Assembly: GCA_964106645.2 (NCBI GenBank)
Contig: OZ067048.1
Length of the DNA: 64,000 nucleotides
Reading direction: 5' to 3' (one strand)
From: Podarcis pityusensis
Taxonomy: Eukaryota
Positions 1 through 13,787 of the stretch are shown in pieces. Under the pieces are notes generated by a model. It searched no databases. It was given only the letters and a program-made list of their open reading frames with translations, and was not told the origin of the DNA. Each line of letters begins with the position of its first letter. The first letter of the stretch is position 1. The position numbers were made by a program, and so were the translations under genes.

Positions 1-186
1 AGTGTTTTGGTTAGGCCATCTGTATTGGGTTTTGGTCATTAGAGACGTCAAAGAATTCTGACAGAAACAGGAGCAGACATTACCAATACGATCAGCACTG
101 ATTGTTGCTGCTGCTGCTTCCGCCTTTGCAGCCTATAAATGCTACAGAATCAATATGCCTGCCTCCCATTTGCATTGTGTTTCTGT

Positions 187-670
187 GATTTATTTATTGA
201 TTTATACATTTATTACTTTCCCTTCACCATCAGGTCCCAGGGCAGGTTACAATAATTTGGAATTAAAAACGGTTAAAACAGATCACAGTCACAGGAATAG
301 GGTGGGCCCTGAAAACACACCTCCCAGGTGTCAAAAACCAGAGTTAAGGGATGTGTCTTCAGCATTCCTAGGGTTGCCATACATCCAGAAAATCCAGGAC
401 ACATCCTGTTTGGGGAGGCCTACATGCCATTCTAGGGGGTTTTTTTACAATTGTAGGCAAATGGCTGGGTTGCGGGGAGGGTTTAAAAAACTGTGTGTGG
501 GCTGTTCTGGTTCTATTTCGGGCTCAGCGGTAGCGGCCAACCCGGGTGGGGGGCAAGTGAATGCAACCCTAACATTCGCTGAAAGTTGTATACTGAAGGC
601 ACAGCCCTGTGTGGAAGGAATTCAACAACTTTAGGGCTGCCACAGAGAGGGCCTTCTTCCGACCTGCCAG
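187..670 (-). mobile_element. Old L2-type LINE 3' fragment, interrupted by a MITE at 369-571
   Basis: (TTTA)n tail at ~190 followed by tcccagggcaggttaca and gtgtcttcagcattc..ctgaaag, typical of reverse-oriented squamate LINE 3' ends; host sequence resumes after 571. Confidence 0.45.
369..571. mobile_element. Non-autonomous DNA transposon (hAT-like MITE)
   Basis: Terminal inverted repeats TAGGGTTGC (369) and GCAACCCTA (563-571); flanks gcattcc/acattcg look like a decayed TSD. Confidence 0.6.
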
Positions 671-1189
671 CAACCTCTTGCATTAAAATCAGTGGCCATT
701 TTGACTTTGAATATAATGGAGTTCTGTAAACTGGATGGACTTATAATATGCAGCTGGAAAAGTTTTTCAAAGAACCCACAGAGGAGAGGAGGGAAATCCT
801 AGGATTTGAAAGAATCTTGTGTTAAATTTTAATATTTGCAAGAATATGTTTCTGTGAATGAACTTGTAAAACATGCATGCATGCATACATACATACATAC
901 AGTGGCCATTTCATTGAAATAATTGGTGTGGAATAATGAAATGATAACATAGTGAATTACATAAAATTATGCTGCAGTAGACAACAGTATAGATAATGCA
1001 GTTTTTGTTGGAAGCTGCAGTGGAAGAGATATATAGTAGTTCTGCATGTAGTGAATATGGATCAGAAAAGAAATAGATGCCTTCTGACATCCCTATTGGT
1101 TATAGGCTGTGTTCACATGAGGAGTCAGGCTTGATCTAATATTTAGTGGTCCTGGGGCTTAATGTATAGTATATATTTCTAATATTATT

Positions 1190-1573
1190 GTAAAGGTAAA
1201 AGGTAAATGACCCCTGGATGGTTAGGTCCAGTCAAAGGTGACTATGGGGGGTGGCGCTCATCTCACTTGCAGGCAGAGAGAGCCGGCGTTTGTCCACAGA
1301 CAGCTTTCTGGGTCATGTGGCCAGCATGACTAAACCACTTATGCCACAACAGAACACCATGACGGAAACCAGAGCTCACGGAAACTCCATTTACCTTCCT
1401 GCCACAGCAGTACCTATTTATCTACCTGCACTGGTGTGCTTTTGAACTGCTAGGTTGGCAGAAGCTGGGACAGAGCAACAGGAGCTCATCCCATTGCATG
1501 GATTCGAACTGTCAACCTTCCGATCAGCAAGCCCAAGAGGCTCAGTGATTTAGACCACAGTGCCACCCGTGTC
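1190..1573 (-). mobile_element. Sauria SINE, near full length
   Basis: aaggtaaaaggtaaa tail, gacccctg..gtccagtc..ggcgctcatctc..ctgggtcatgtggccagcatgactaa core, and reversed tRNA-like head ending ccacagtgccacccg; homologous to copies at 47021 and 52807. Confidence 0.9.
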
Positions 1574-3440
1574 GGTGGGAATTAGTGTGAACCTTAACCA
1601 TGTGCTCTATAAAGGAAACAGAAAAAAGAATCAAATAAGAAATTAAATAAATATTTTGGAAAAGTTTCTAATTCTACCTCCACATCATAATCAGAAGAAT
1701 GTGTAGATTTTTTGTAGGGAGAGGCAAAGAAAGAAAAAAGGAAGAAAGAAAGAAAGAAAAGTTTTTCATATTAATTAATAAATTTGATATCCAATAGTAT
1801 TGACATCTGCCTGATGAACAAGTTCTCTTAGTGGCTTACAGTAACAACAACAAAAACCATAAAAGTGCGATCATGCATAGCAATGCAATAATAACAGAGC
1901 AAGAATGTAAAAGCATAACGTGTCAACCTTGTAGCATTGAAATGGATGAAATGGAAGATCAAGTGAAGTCTGAAATGGCTTGGAATGCAGGGGGCAATTT
2001 TCTCAATCACAGAAGACAGTTATACTCTTAAATCCACATTAAACTCAGTGGGAATAAGTGCCTGTTACTTGGGTCTTTTTTAAAAAAAATATCTGCCCAT
2101 TCTCCTCTTAAAAACACTCCTTTTCAATTAATTTGTTGATCCCTTTTTAAAGGTCTTATCATTATTTTCCCTGAATGAAATTGTCTTTTCTTCTGGAAGA
2201 TGCATCTTGTTTTAAATTGCTGCCAACTCTAATCAAAACCACCTACGCAACACTACTCAACTCCCCCCATCTTCTCCTAGTCTAAGATTTTCTTTCAGGA
2301 TTACTGAAAATTGCATACTGGCAATTTCAGAAGATAGGACAAACTAATTTATAATGAACAAAGCCTCAATCTGTGCACAGGAATGCATGAGAAATTCTAT
2401 TTTGGTAAATTCTGATGCGAACTGCCCTGATTTTACCCCTCACAGACTAACATGTGGACTGATAAATAACTATTTTTCGAATTTCTCACTTTTCCCAATT
2501 TTGTGATACCATGCTTGGCTAAAAAAAAAAGCAAGTGATGTGCAAAAAATGCACATAAAATGTGTGCCTTGGAATAAGGTACATTGAGAAATATGTACAT
2601 TCAGATAAAAATATTAAGCATGTATTTTGTGACACGGTTTAAATACAGTTTTTGCTTTTGCAGATTTTTTATTTTTAATTCCAATTCAATGTAGAAATGG
2701 GACAAGAAGAGACTTGCCATGGACAGGAAACAGGCTAATCAGTCCATCCTTATCTGTGTATTAATATTCCTGAATAAAAGCAAAGTATCTCAGGAAAGCC
2801 TGAACGAATATCCAGACACATATTGGTTCTTTGACTGATCTCCCCTGAATGTCTGGTTTGCACATATTTGCTTGAAAAATTGTACCCAGATTACATGTGA
2901 AGTACTGCTTACCATGTTTTCATTCTCTATAGCAGTGATTGATATCTATAGGAAGACCCAACATTTTAGCACTGCATGGAAACCACGTTAATCTGGTGAA
3001 TTCATGTAGCAACAAGCCATGCCCAGATGTTGCAGATCTATGTGGAAAGACGATGTATAAGAGGAAACACCTATGCAAAGAATAATATGTTTAAGAAACA
3101 CATTTATACATGTCTTCCCACTGCTTACTCCATTTGAAGAAGAGTGTTTGTGTATAAATATATACAAATGTACACATTTCCAAATAAATGTTTCCTTCAG
3201 GTACATAGTAGACTTTGTGATTTGGGGTATTTCACTAATCTGATGGTTTTGTAAGAGACACCCTAAATGCCTGCTATAAATATATCACCCTACAAGTTCT
3301 CTAGAAATGCTCTCAAAGAAAATCGGACTCTCCTATGTGGGTTAAAAAGAAAGCAGCTAATTGCTAGCTGTGAGCGAGGTTTCTAATGTTGCTGTTTATT
3401 TATTAAAGTTCCAAGCTTCCAGAAATCCAGGCTTTTAAGT

Positions 3441-3530
3441 CTGCAATCCTAACCCCATTTACATGGGAGTAAGTGCCACTGAATTCCATAGGACTTACTT
3501 CTGAGTAGACATATTAAGATTGAGCTGCAT
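3441..3530. mobile_element. Short palindromic squamate MITE-like repeat
   Basis: ctgcaatcct..gagtaagtgccactgaattccataggacttacttctgagtag..aagattg; related decayed copies near 2025, 10590 and 17185. Confidence 0.5.
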
Positions 3531-4367
3531 AGCTCTAATTGGAGAGTCCAAAGGATCAAGGATCTTATTCTGCCCATACCTGTAAATCCCAGTTTTCTTC
3601 TCCAGCTTCTCCACTCACCCAAAGCAGGATGTCTGAGAAAGGAAAGGGTAAGTATCCTAGCAGGTCAGGCAGATAAGAAATGAGTTTTGGGTGAAACAAA
3701 ATTTAAAAGAAGGTAAATGATGATTTTCTAAATAGCAAGGTGATAATATTTACATAGGCTGGCTGCACCCCTTTATAATTCTAGTTAAGTCAAGTCCCTA
3801 CTGACTCTGCTGAATCCAACCTTTACACAGCTGAAAGGAAACAAGTGCCATCAATGTTTAGGGTTGTTCTGTTGATGTCTCATGTGCATGGGCAGAGACA
3901 GATCCCAAAGTACCCCCCAACTGGGAACTTGTTTTTTCAAGGGGAGTGCAATATTGTTCAAAACAGAGTGGATTCCTATTCCACAGCTCGACCAAGATAA
4001 TATCTACCAACCACTTTCCTGGAATCTGATGAAAGGAAGAAACAGTGCTGTGGTGTCACCTGCAACTTCAGGACAACACACTCCAAATCTCCAGATAATA
4101 TCTCCCAGACATTTCATGTAGATATTTAACAGTATGGAGGGCAATATCATGGCACCATGTGTCAGCTGCCAAGGAAGCACTGGAACCTCCATGAACAGTG
4201 CATCTGAGGCCTATCTCAGTCAGATGGTCCAGAAAGATACCATGATCGATAGTATTAAACATCACTGAGAGTCCAGCAGAACTAAGAGGGACAACTGGGA
4301 AGGAACTGCCAGTGGACTACTCACATGAAAAGTATAGTGCCAAAGAAGGAAACTTATGATACATGGT

Positions 4368-4525
4368 TCATAGGATCATAGAATCGTAAAATTGGAAGGG
4401 ACCCAGAGGGTCATCTAGTTCTATTCCCAGCAATGCAGAAATCCTGCCCACAGCTGCCGCTGGGTGAAATCAAGCCACCAACCTTCTGGTTAACAGCCAA
4501 ACAAATTGAACCATTGCAACACAGA
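4368..4525 (-). mobile_element. SINE with tRNA-like head and CR1-type 3' tail
   Basis: catagaatcgtaaaattggaagggacccagagggtcatctag matches the CR1 tail at 23117 and is joined to a reversed tRNA-like segment (ccaccaaccttctggttaacag). Confidence 0.5.
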
Positions 4526-7429
4526 CGCCCTGTCATGTGAGCAGTTAAATGCAATAGAGATAAATAACATAGCAGAGGAGCCTTCTCTCTCCCCTAACCC
4601 ACCAGTTTCCTGAGCTACTTATGCTACCACTTGCATTTGATTTCGTGTTTTGAATTTAGGGTGGTCTTGTCAAAACAAATGCCTTGTTGAAGCTAGGCAA
4701 AACTCAATGCATTAATCTTTTGCATACAAAAATGAGGCAATTATAATATCCATTTCATAGATGAGCAGAACTAAGGCACGTTGACAACTGTGTAGCTGCA
4801 AACGGATCTGAACACCTAGTATCCCATGCCTGCTCTCCAGCAACTGAACCAAGCTTTACCATCGAGTAGGGAGAAGAGAATGATGAAACCACTTGCAGGC
4901 CAGCTGCCAAAGTTTCAGTGCTAATTTTTATAAATGATCCTCTCTCTTTTTTGCAAAGTTTGAACAAGTGCTGTCCCTTCTGGTGCTTTGTCTGTGCTAC
5001 TGCGCTTTGTTTCCAATAAACTGAGTGAAGAGAACCATATGCAAAATAAAACAAAAGGGAGAACAATCCGATAAGTTCTTTCAACCAGACAAAACAACTG
5101 ATGGAATAACATAAAGGGTTCCAAATTCTTTTCTGTCCTGGATCCCTTCATCATCAGCTCTGTGATTATGTTCAGCCCCAAGAGTTCTGCGGCACTTGGG
5201 AGCTGGTTTTCCCTTTTCTTTTTTTCTGCATGTCAAAAATGTCCCACCAGAGTGACTCTCTTCCCCAGCATATTCTTGTGGCCAGCTGACATCTCTGCTG
5301 TATTATTATGAGCTTACAGGAAGCAGGAAGGAAAGGCAATAAAATTAAAAGGTATGAAAAGCTTTTTTTTTCTTTTGCACAAAGCATTATCTTTTACAAG
5401 AAAGACCTACTGCCAGCAAAAGCATTTCCTAAACTAGCAGACCAGCTTGCAAACTAGCAATAATCTCATTCCCATCTTTCATACTATGATTCTTTTGAAT
5501 TTGAGGTGATCGAAAAGCATTAATTTCTCTTTGCGCTGCAGGTCCTACACCTTACGAAACCAGATCCCAGCAGTTGCTCATTCACTGTTCATAGAGATTC
5601 TTTATGTGCATGTGTCAGCTGACCAAATCTCAAGTTTTGCTTCATAGAAAACCATAACAGTCAGCGACTTTCTAGATCAATACCCTCTCACTGGCCTTTC
5701 GTGGAGAAAACGAAAGATGTGCTATTGTGAATCAAAAAGAGAACTATTTCCCCAATACAGCATCTTTTTCTTTTAATTTTAGCAAGATGGGGGGGCAACA
5801 TTTTCCTTTTAGAAGAGGAAACCATGAGAAAATGTAGCTAGTTTGGTTGCCAGGCCATTTCTAGACACAGACCAAACAAGAGTGGATACATAATTTTGGA
5901 CAGCAAAGCATGTGTGTTTACATCATCACTTGTCCATGCTTTGCACATTTTGCTGGCTTGCAAGAATGTATTCAAACTTTAACAATGATCAGCCATAGAC
6001 TTTTTGTACATGCAAACAGAATCAAAGGCCACAAAGTACAGTTGAAATGCATCTTCTCTCTTTGGGAGCCACTTTACCAATTATACTTTGCCCAGTTCTT
6101 GGTACAGGAATGTTGTAAGTAGGGTTGTCAGAGAATTCTGATGAAAACAGAAACAGGGCCAGAAATTTCTTCTTCATCTCATGCACTGAAATGAAATCAA
6201 TCTAGTGAATATGATCAGGTTTTGCTGTTGCGGTTGCTTTAAATCTGCAAATAATACGTGTGTCCTCCCGACTTACATAATCATTATTTAGCCAATAGTG
6301 AGATGAATAATGTATTTGGTAGTTTCCAAAATGCAAGCTTCCTTCTCTCGCTTTCTGCACTAGTGGTGGTGGTGGACAAAATCAGGTATCACCCCCACAG
6401 GTTGGGGATGTCAGTCCTTCCCCATGCTCCTCCCTTTTTAGTCTGCAACATTGAAGGTTGAAAGTGGGAGCGCAGGAATGCTTGCAAAGCCCACCCCATG
6501 GTGATACTTCCAACCTATGACACTGTTGGTTGAAAGGAGGAGCAGGCTAAAGGGTTTTGTTATCTTACTTGAGCTTCTGCTTTGCACCTCAAATGTCAGA
6601 GATGCAAAGGAGAACATGGGGAGAATTACAGAGCATTTTGCAATCCTCCCAAGTGCATGTTGCCCTCCTTCTTGCCCCTGATGTTGGAAGGAGTGTGTAG
6701 GGAGGACGGCAAAGGGCTTTTAAAGCTCCTTTCCACTTCCTATGTCAGAGGTGGAAAGGGGCTGCATGGGGCAGCTTCAAAGAGCAGCAGTGGGAAGGAG
6801 AAGTGGGTTCCATGGAATAGGAACTGCTCCCTCCTCTCCTTGAGCAAGACACATGCCTACTACCACCCATCAGTGGTTGGAAGCACCCATTGTTCCAGCA
6901 AATTGTTCCCATGGCCCATGGGAAGAAGGTTCTCTGCCCCTACAAAAGAGATTAAATCAACTGAGACATAGTCTCACCCCACTTTTCCAAAAACATGGAC
7001 TAATACGTGTGACTTTATCTGCCACCAGAAGCAGCCCAATGCCAGTGAAATATGACTTCAGAAATAAATGCATTGTTATACATTTGCTCCTTTGGGAGTA
7101 CAAACTCCATCTAGAACAGGCAGTAATTTTGTTTCCCAGACCCAAGAACCTGGAACACACAACACCTCCATCTTGACTGGATTCAGTGGTTGGCATTCAA
7201 CTAAGTTTCATTCAGAGTAGAGGCATGTGGTTTTTTTTAAGTCCACCATGAAAACATGTGTATTTCTTGTTCTTATTTTCAAAAATGAATGTCAAAAGAA
7301 TAATCTGGGAATAGGGTTTAAAAAGCTTTATCATTTAAAGCATCAACCATTATCTATCACCTTGTCTAGACACCCCCAAATTGTTGCACAGGTGAAGAAA
7401 CTTGCTGATTAGAAACCTCCATCATAATA

Positions 7430-7860
7430 AGATTCAGTTCCATTTAGGGGTGAATGAATCTGACAATTTCATTTTTCTCAGTTTCTCATTTTTTTCATTC
7501 AGTTATCCACATTTCCACGTCAGTTTGCTTGGGGGGGGGGGCAAGTCCACCTGAAAATATATCAGCATTTTAGTGTGAATTTATCCACACTTTTGTATGC
7601 AATTCTGCCCAATCTGCAGTTTTGCAATTTTTTTCTCCTAATATACTGGATGTGTGCATGTTGTTTCTTGTTTTATGTCCATTTTTATGGCTTTACCCCA
7701 GCATACACATTTTTGAATACATTTCCTGGCTGGAGAGCTGTATCGCAAAATTCGGATAACTGTGAAGTTCAACAGGAGGCTGTGTTTTGGTTTACATATT
7801 TTTTTGGGAACGTGCAACTTGGATATGTTTGCCTTTAAATGTGAGTTGAATCAAGTTCCC
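7430..7860. mobile_element. Old squamate interspersed repeat (probable DNA transposon relic)
   Basis: gaatctgacaatttcatttttctcagtttctcatt motif recurs in either orientation near 18580-18780 and 39735-39960; similar decayed sequence near 2420-2750 and 63480-63660. Confidence 0.45.
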
Positions 7861-8165
7861 CCACGATCCCCTCCTCCTTTTGCTGCCAATAATATAAAAC
7901 GGTGTGTACTATTAGTATTTGCAGCCCTGTGTAGCCGATGTATTGGATCCTAGAAGCTTTTTACAAAACCATCAATATCTAACCTACTAGATAGCATCAG
8001 ATACTTACAAATGTAACCATTATGCTAACTTGGCACAAAGCACTCTCCTAACTAAGCAAAAAGTGCAATAACCAATAAAAACTTGCTCCTTGCTTTCTCT
8101 TGCCTTCCTCCCTGTGTGATGCATATGTCCCCTTTTGCCATGTGTCCATGAGAAGCACACCATGT

Positions 8166-8207
8166 GTTCCTGTGCCATTGTAGGAAGTTCCTGTGCCATT
8201 GTAGGAA
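8166..8207. repeat. Perfect 21-bp tandem duplication
   Basis: gttcctgtgccattgtaggaa x2. Confidence 0.9.
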
Positions 8208-9202
8208 GGCCTTGAATAAACAGTGTGCCACAAAACTATACTCTGAAGCTGATTAGGCCTGGATGCAGCCTGATTGCTTAATTAAGCCCATTCATATCTT
8301 TGAATTGGGTATTTATTATTGTTCTCCGAGGGAGGATTAGTATTTATAGACCTCACAAAACAAGTGCAATCTAAAGATGGAACAGTGCCCTAATGGCTGT
8401 TGAGCAAATTATTAGACAACGAGCCTAACCTTCCTCCTCACTCTTTCTAACTCACTTCTGGGTTGAGCTTCAGCTAGCCACTGCTTCTCCACATGTCCTT
8501 TGATATCTGCTCACTTGATTTGCCAGCACTTCAGGTGCTGAAGTGGACAACGTCATCAGTGTCATAGGTCAACTTAAATTACTACTTCTGATTGTGAGTT
8601 CATGTGTGTAGGTGCCAGATATGGCTTTCTAGTCTAGTCCCTGTGTTGGAGGTATGTGGGAATTCAAGCAGAGATATGAATGCTACGGACCTGGATGGGG
8701 GAAGGGGTTAAGGGATGTATAGTGCAATTTCCACATGGCTGTCACCTATGAACCACTTCCTAAGCTGAGACGTGCTGGTTCAGAGCAAAGGTCTATATTG
8801 GCTGACAGTAACTCATAAGCAGGAGACAATTGGTGAAGCTGTCCACTACTCTAGATGTGGGGAACTATTGCCTTCCAAGTGTTGATGTAGTGCAACTTCC
8901 ATCAACCCTGCCCATTGGTTAGGGCTGATGGAGTCACATCTGGAGGGTCATGTGTTGCCCTGCTATTTGTCCCCAGTGCCTTGTAAGTAGAGAGAAATCA
9001 CATCTGGAGCAAGGGAGTCCATTCCTAGCAATCACAAGTATAGCAATTGAGATGCCAATCCTCCATTAATGTATCCCAACCTATTATATTAACAAAACTC
9101 TGATTATCCCTCACAGAAATCTATAGGAATACAGCACCCCATCCTTTAAATCCCCTCAGTAACATGTCTTCCACCCTGTGAATCATTGCGTGATTGAGTG
9201 AC

Positions 9203-9372
9203 GTGAATATCATATTAAGGACACAGTATTTGGAAAAAACCCTTCTAAAAAAAAATCCATGCAAATAAATTGAATGTAATATGTAATGTAATATGTGAAT
9301 ATCATATTAAGTTCACAATATTTTAAATATTCCTCCTAAAAAATAATCTGTGTGAACAAGTTAAATGTAATT
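9203..9372. repeat. Diverged ~92-bp tandem duplication
   Basis: gtgaatatcatattaag at 9203 and 9295, each followed by cac(a/g)..tattt..ctaaaaaa..aatgtaat. Confidence 0.75.
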
Positions 9373-10062
9373 TAACTTTTCTCCATGTGGTCCCCATTTG
9401 AAAGGGCTGTATTAACTTCTCTTGAAAGTAGTTACCTTCATTTCTATACTATGCTGATACATTCCTTCTCAGCTCCACTGAATCCTGTATTTTTATTTTT
9501 TAAAAATTCAGCTTCCCATCTCCTTTTACATCTTGCATTTGAAATATATTGTTGCTGTGAAGGTAATATGGTGTGTGTCCCACCCCCACTGTGTAACTTC
9601 TGGTCAAAGGGCATGAAGGGGTAAACAGAAGAGAAGAAGTATGGAATAGAAAATGGCCCCTTTTTGCATTTGATGAGTTAGTGCAAAGGGATTCAAGCGG
9701 TGATACAGAGAGACCTCAAACAATATACAAAATGAGGTGTTTGGTTTCAATTCAATGAAACTTAATGAAGGGTTTTGATATGATAATCCCACTTAAATGA
9801 TTACAAAGTGCTGTGTGGATTTGGGGTCATGGGGGGAGGGGGCTCTAATATTCTACGCATCCCTGTTCTGCTCTGTGAAAGTGTCAGATCGGCTGTTTTG
9901 CTAAAGATAAATTTTTCATGCTCCAAATATTCAGAGTGAAAATAAACTATACTAATAGCAAGATGTGTAGTGATTTGCACATTATCCAAGCTATTGAGTT
10001 ATTCCTGACTGTCCCTATTCTAGTCCTTGATTTGCAGGCCAGCTACACTCTGCAGCTGGAGC

Positions 10063-10210
10063 NNNNNNNNNNNNNNNNNNNNNNNNNNNNNNNNNNNNNN
10101 NNNNNNNNNNNNNNNNNNNNNNNNNNNNNNNNNNNNNNNNNNNNNNNNNNNNNNNNNNNNNNNNNNNNNNNNNNNNNNNNNNNNNNNNNNNNNNNNNNNN
10201 NNNNNNNNNN
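10063..10210. other. Assembly gap (148 N)
   Basis: Run of n characters. Confidence 1.
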
Positions 10211-12009
10211 AGTCCTTTCAGCAGCCCTTTGTTAACAGTCACTCAGAAGAGGAAATAAAATGTAGGCATTGAAATAAAAATTGCTCTACTCTTTTTAATA
10301 GCTCAGCTGCAGGCTCTATTGTTTTACTTAATGGATTGTATAACTGAAGTCTTTCCTCTTGACTATACTCATTTGGCTTCCTAGTTACTAAACTAAACTA
10401 CAGTATCTTGGGCTTCTAAAGAAAAGCAAAGGGAGGTGGGGAGGAGAGAAAGCTGGAAGTACTCTTTTTCTGTTAATAGCATAACTACCTCTAGGCAATA
10501 TCACCTACAAGTAAGAGCAACAAAATGGGCATTAAGATGTGTTTCTTAACTTGGACTTTGCTTTAGGATATGAAATTTGGGTTGCAATGGCATTTACTTC
10601 TGAGTAGACAACATGGATAGGTTCGCATACAATCCTTGGAGTAAATTCCATTGGACTCACTGGGATTTATTTATTTATTTGGAATATAAAATTCCAGGTG
10701 GTTTTAAAATGAATGAAAGTCTAGTCAAAAGGGAAGGTATATTAACTTCTCATTTTGCTTAGACCCTGCCCATACATAAGGAATAGACCACCACAGTACA
10801 CTGTTGAGATCAAAGGCTTAAGACATCATCTGCACACCAAACGTATTCCTTAATTATGGGCATGCGGCTCCTCAGGCATCAAAGCTTGAATTGCAACTAT
10901 AAGCAGAAAGAAAAAAGCTACCCCATTCAGCTTAATCGGAATTCATTTGCAATACTGACCATCTGCAAATGTTCTCCTTGTATCCATCTGCCCTTATAAA
11001 GGGTGTTATTCTAACTGTGTGCCCTGCATGTTCATTCAAGATTTGGACAAAAGCTTCCTTTCTACAGTGTTTCCCAAAGAGTTTTCTTCTCTTTCTAGGC
11101 ATGCACAGCATAATGGGGAAAAAGAAAATGCCTTGTTAAATCATCAAGTGCTAAGAAGGCTTTCAGGTGTGGACCATACGCCATGTACAAATGCAGCTGA
11201 AACAAATCATAGAGTATAACCTGTTAAAGATGTAATTGAGATACATGCAATCATTAACCTTGGAACAGACTGGGAATCGGTTAATGAATCAAATCAATAC
11301 CCTCTCCACTGATCCACAATAATTTGAAAGAAATGAAAAATTTAACAGTTGCAGAGTATGTGAAGTTATCATGGGCTGCAATTAGCTAGCCTTTGGGAGA
11401 TTATGTTACCTAGTTACCAGAGGATAAGTGTAATTTCCTTAGATCTTCCGAGAGAGATTTCATAAGGACAGGTGCCAGACAAGGAAATAGGTCAGAAAGA
11501 GACCTTAGGCGCTGGCTGTCGCTAGGTCAGCTTTCTGTCCCTTCCAGCGCTGTTCCTGTCTTGTGATATTCTTCCCCCAGAGCCGATAGTAATGTTAGAC
11601 AAAGACATTTCAAAAGACACATGCACAGGGTCTGTCCATCAAAAATAATTTTTAAAATGCGTTTGTTACAGGAGCTGAACCCTACTTGAAACTGAAGAGC
11701 TCATTTACATGCGCCATCTTCTGTTGTCACCAAATGAAAAAGAACGAGTTCCCTGTACGTGATAAAAAGCTTCTTGTTGCACATTAGTGATTAAAAATAG
11801 TAAAATATAGGTGCCGAAACACTGGAGGCCCTTCTTTCAAATATGATTGTTTTCATATTTGGTCAGGCAATTTGGGTGGATTTGCATTAATAGGACACAA
11901 CACCCTGCCTAACGGCTGGGAGTCACCTGACACAGGTATCACGTAAGACTTTGCCTCTGTGTTGTTTCATGGTAAAGAAGTAATCCCAAGCAATGCTGGA
12001 AATGGTGAG

Positions 12010-12178
12010 AACATATTAAGAAGAATCTGCAGGATTTGGCCAATGGCCCATCTAATTCATTATCCTGTTCTCACCCAGTTGCCTGTGAGAAACCCTCAAG
12101 TGGGGTTCAGTGCAAGCACATGCTCCCCTCCTGCAGTTTCCTGCAACTAGTATTCAAAAGCGTTGTTGCCTTTGACTT
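12010..12178 (-). mobile_element. CR1-type 3' fragment (old family)
   Basis: aagaagaatctgcaggatttggccaatggcccatcta; same family on + at ~13255-13385, ~18120-18190 and ~47850-48045 (catctgg..ggccactgtga..caggatgc.ggacta). Confidence 0.55.
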
Positions 12179-13034
12179 AGATATTATTGTATAGTCAGGC
12201 CACATTATTTGCTCTCCCACCTGACACCTGTAGGCTGAGATCACCGATATGTGAAAGGAGAAACTGGCATGCAAGCAGATGCCCAGGGCTTCCTTTTCCT
12301 TTTCAGAGATCCATATGCAAAGCGTGGATGTGGGAGAAGGTCTGGGGAAATGTGCAGTGCCAGGAGTCGGGGCAGAAGCACTGCCCTGCTTCCCCCTTAA
12401 TCATGTGATATTCCTTCGCAGGTATAACATGTGAAAAAGGCAGTGGAGTAGCATTTTTTCTAAGAGGCGTATTGGGATAAAATGTCTCCAGCAGTTCAAG
12501 GAGCAGAAGGAATGCTACTAAGGCTTGTCTCTCCTCCAGACCCAAAATTCTCCCTGCCCCCCACCAATATTAAAGAGGGGAGGGGGTTCAACTACCTCCC
12601 CTCTAAGAATATCAACTGAAGATTTCAACTTTTCAGACTTCCAGCCCAGACCCTTTCCATGTGGACAAAGTCGATGCACACCCAGTTTGTGCACTGGTAG
12701 GCTTTGAGCACTGCTTTGTCTACACATGAGTGTGGGGAAGAGGGGGTTAGGACCAGGGGACACAATCCCACCAATCCCACCCCACCTGTCTCTATGTATT
12801 TTATTCAACTTGGACTTTCATGCGAAAAAGGGGGGAGGCGGTTCTGGGAAGCCTTTGACAGCAACAGAGGCAAAAAGTAAACATTTTTCCATTCCATTCC
12901 TTTGAAGTAAGGCTTTAATATCTAACATGAAACATGATGGGGCTTAGGGCTGCAGGAAATTCATACCTTCTGCATTTGAACTTTTGCTTCCAAATGGTTG
13001 ATCTGTGGGGAATCTCATTGTTACTATTTTTATT

Positions 13035-13160
13035 TCCTTACATTTCTCTCCCACCTTTCTTCCATCATGGAACCCCTAGGGGGCATACATGTGGTATGCA
13101 GGAGATCTTCCATCCGGGAGCTGACCAGACCCACTTAGCATCACCAAGGTGATGCCTTTA
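13035..13160 (-). mobile_element. 5S rRNA-derived SINE remnant
   Basis: Reverse strand reads gatgctaagtgggtctggtcagctcccggatggaaga (decayed 5S internal control region), then gggttccatgatggagaaaggtgggagagaaatgtaa tail. Confidence 0.5.
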
Positions 13161-13787
13161 CGTGCCTTCAGATCATACCTTGGAAGCAGGGTATTATGGC
13201 AATTGGGAACAGGGCATTATTTTACAAATGTTGAGATGCTTCGGAATATGAATTGCTGGGAATGGCAGGTGGGCAGAGTGCTGTTGTGCTAATTTCCAGC
13301 TTGCAGGCATCTGGTTGGCCACTGTGAAACCAGGATGCCGGACTAAATGGGCCACTGGCAGGTCCTTCTTATGTTCTTATGTTCCTGTGTAAGACTCAGT
13401 CTGGCCATAGAAATCTGTTTAAATGTGAGCCCTGTTTCAAATTAAGCATTATGTGAAATATTCCAGTAGAACTTTGAGTTGCTTTTGATACATGTGAAGA
13501 CTCATAGATCAAAGCAGTTTGTAGTATGGTCTGACTGGATCCAAGTCTATTGGTACGGAGAGTTAAGGCATGATGGGTGTGCTGTGCATTGGGAGGAAGA
13601 CTGATCTTCATGTGAGCCTTATTGTGAGGTGCAGGCTGCTGGCAGAAGGCAACTTCAGGCAGGTGCAAAGAACCCACTACAGCTGCGGCTGCTGCTGCTG
13701 CTGCCCTGGACTCCCTTTTCAGTGTCAACCTGCTGTCATTGCAGTTACCTGGAATGCCCCAGATTAATGCTATACAGTTCTAGTGCA

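Noticed and set aside
155-634. 159-aa ORF
   Set aside because: Runs across an antisense LINE tail and an inserted MITE; no protein features.
5525-5760. Plus-strand acceptor-like ctctttgcgctgcag with downstream sequence
   Set aside because: All frames close quickly with no recognisable product or matching donor.
9918-10272. ORFs spanning the N run
   Set aside because: Artefacts of the assembly gap.
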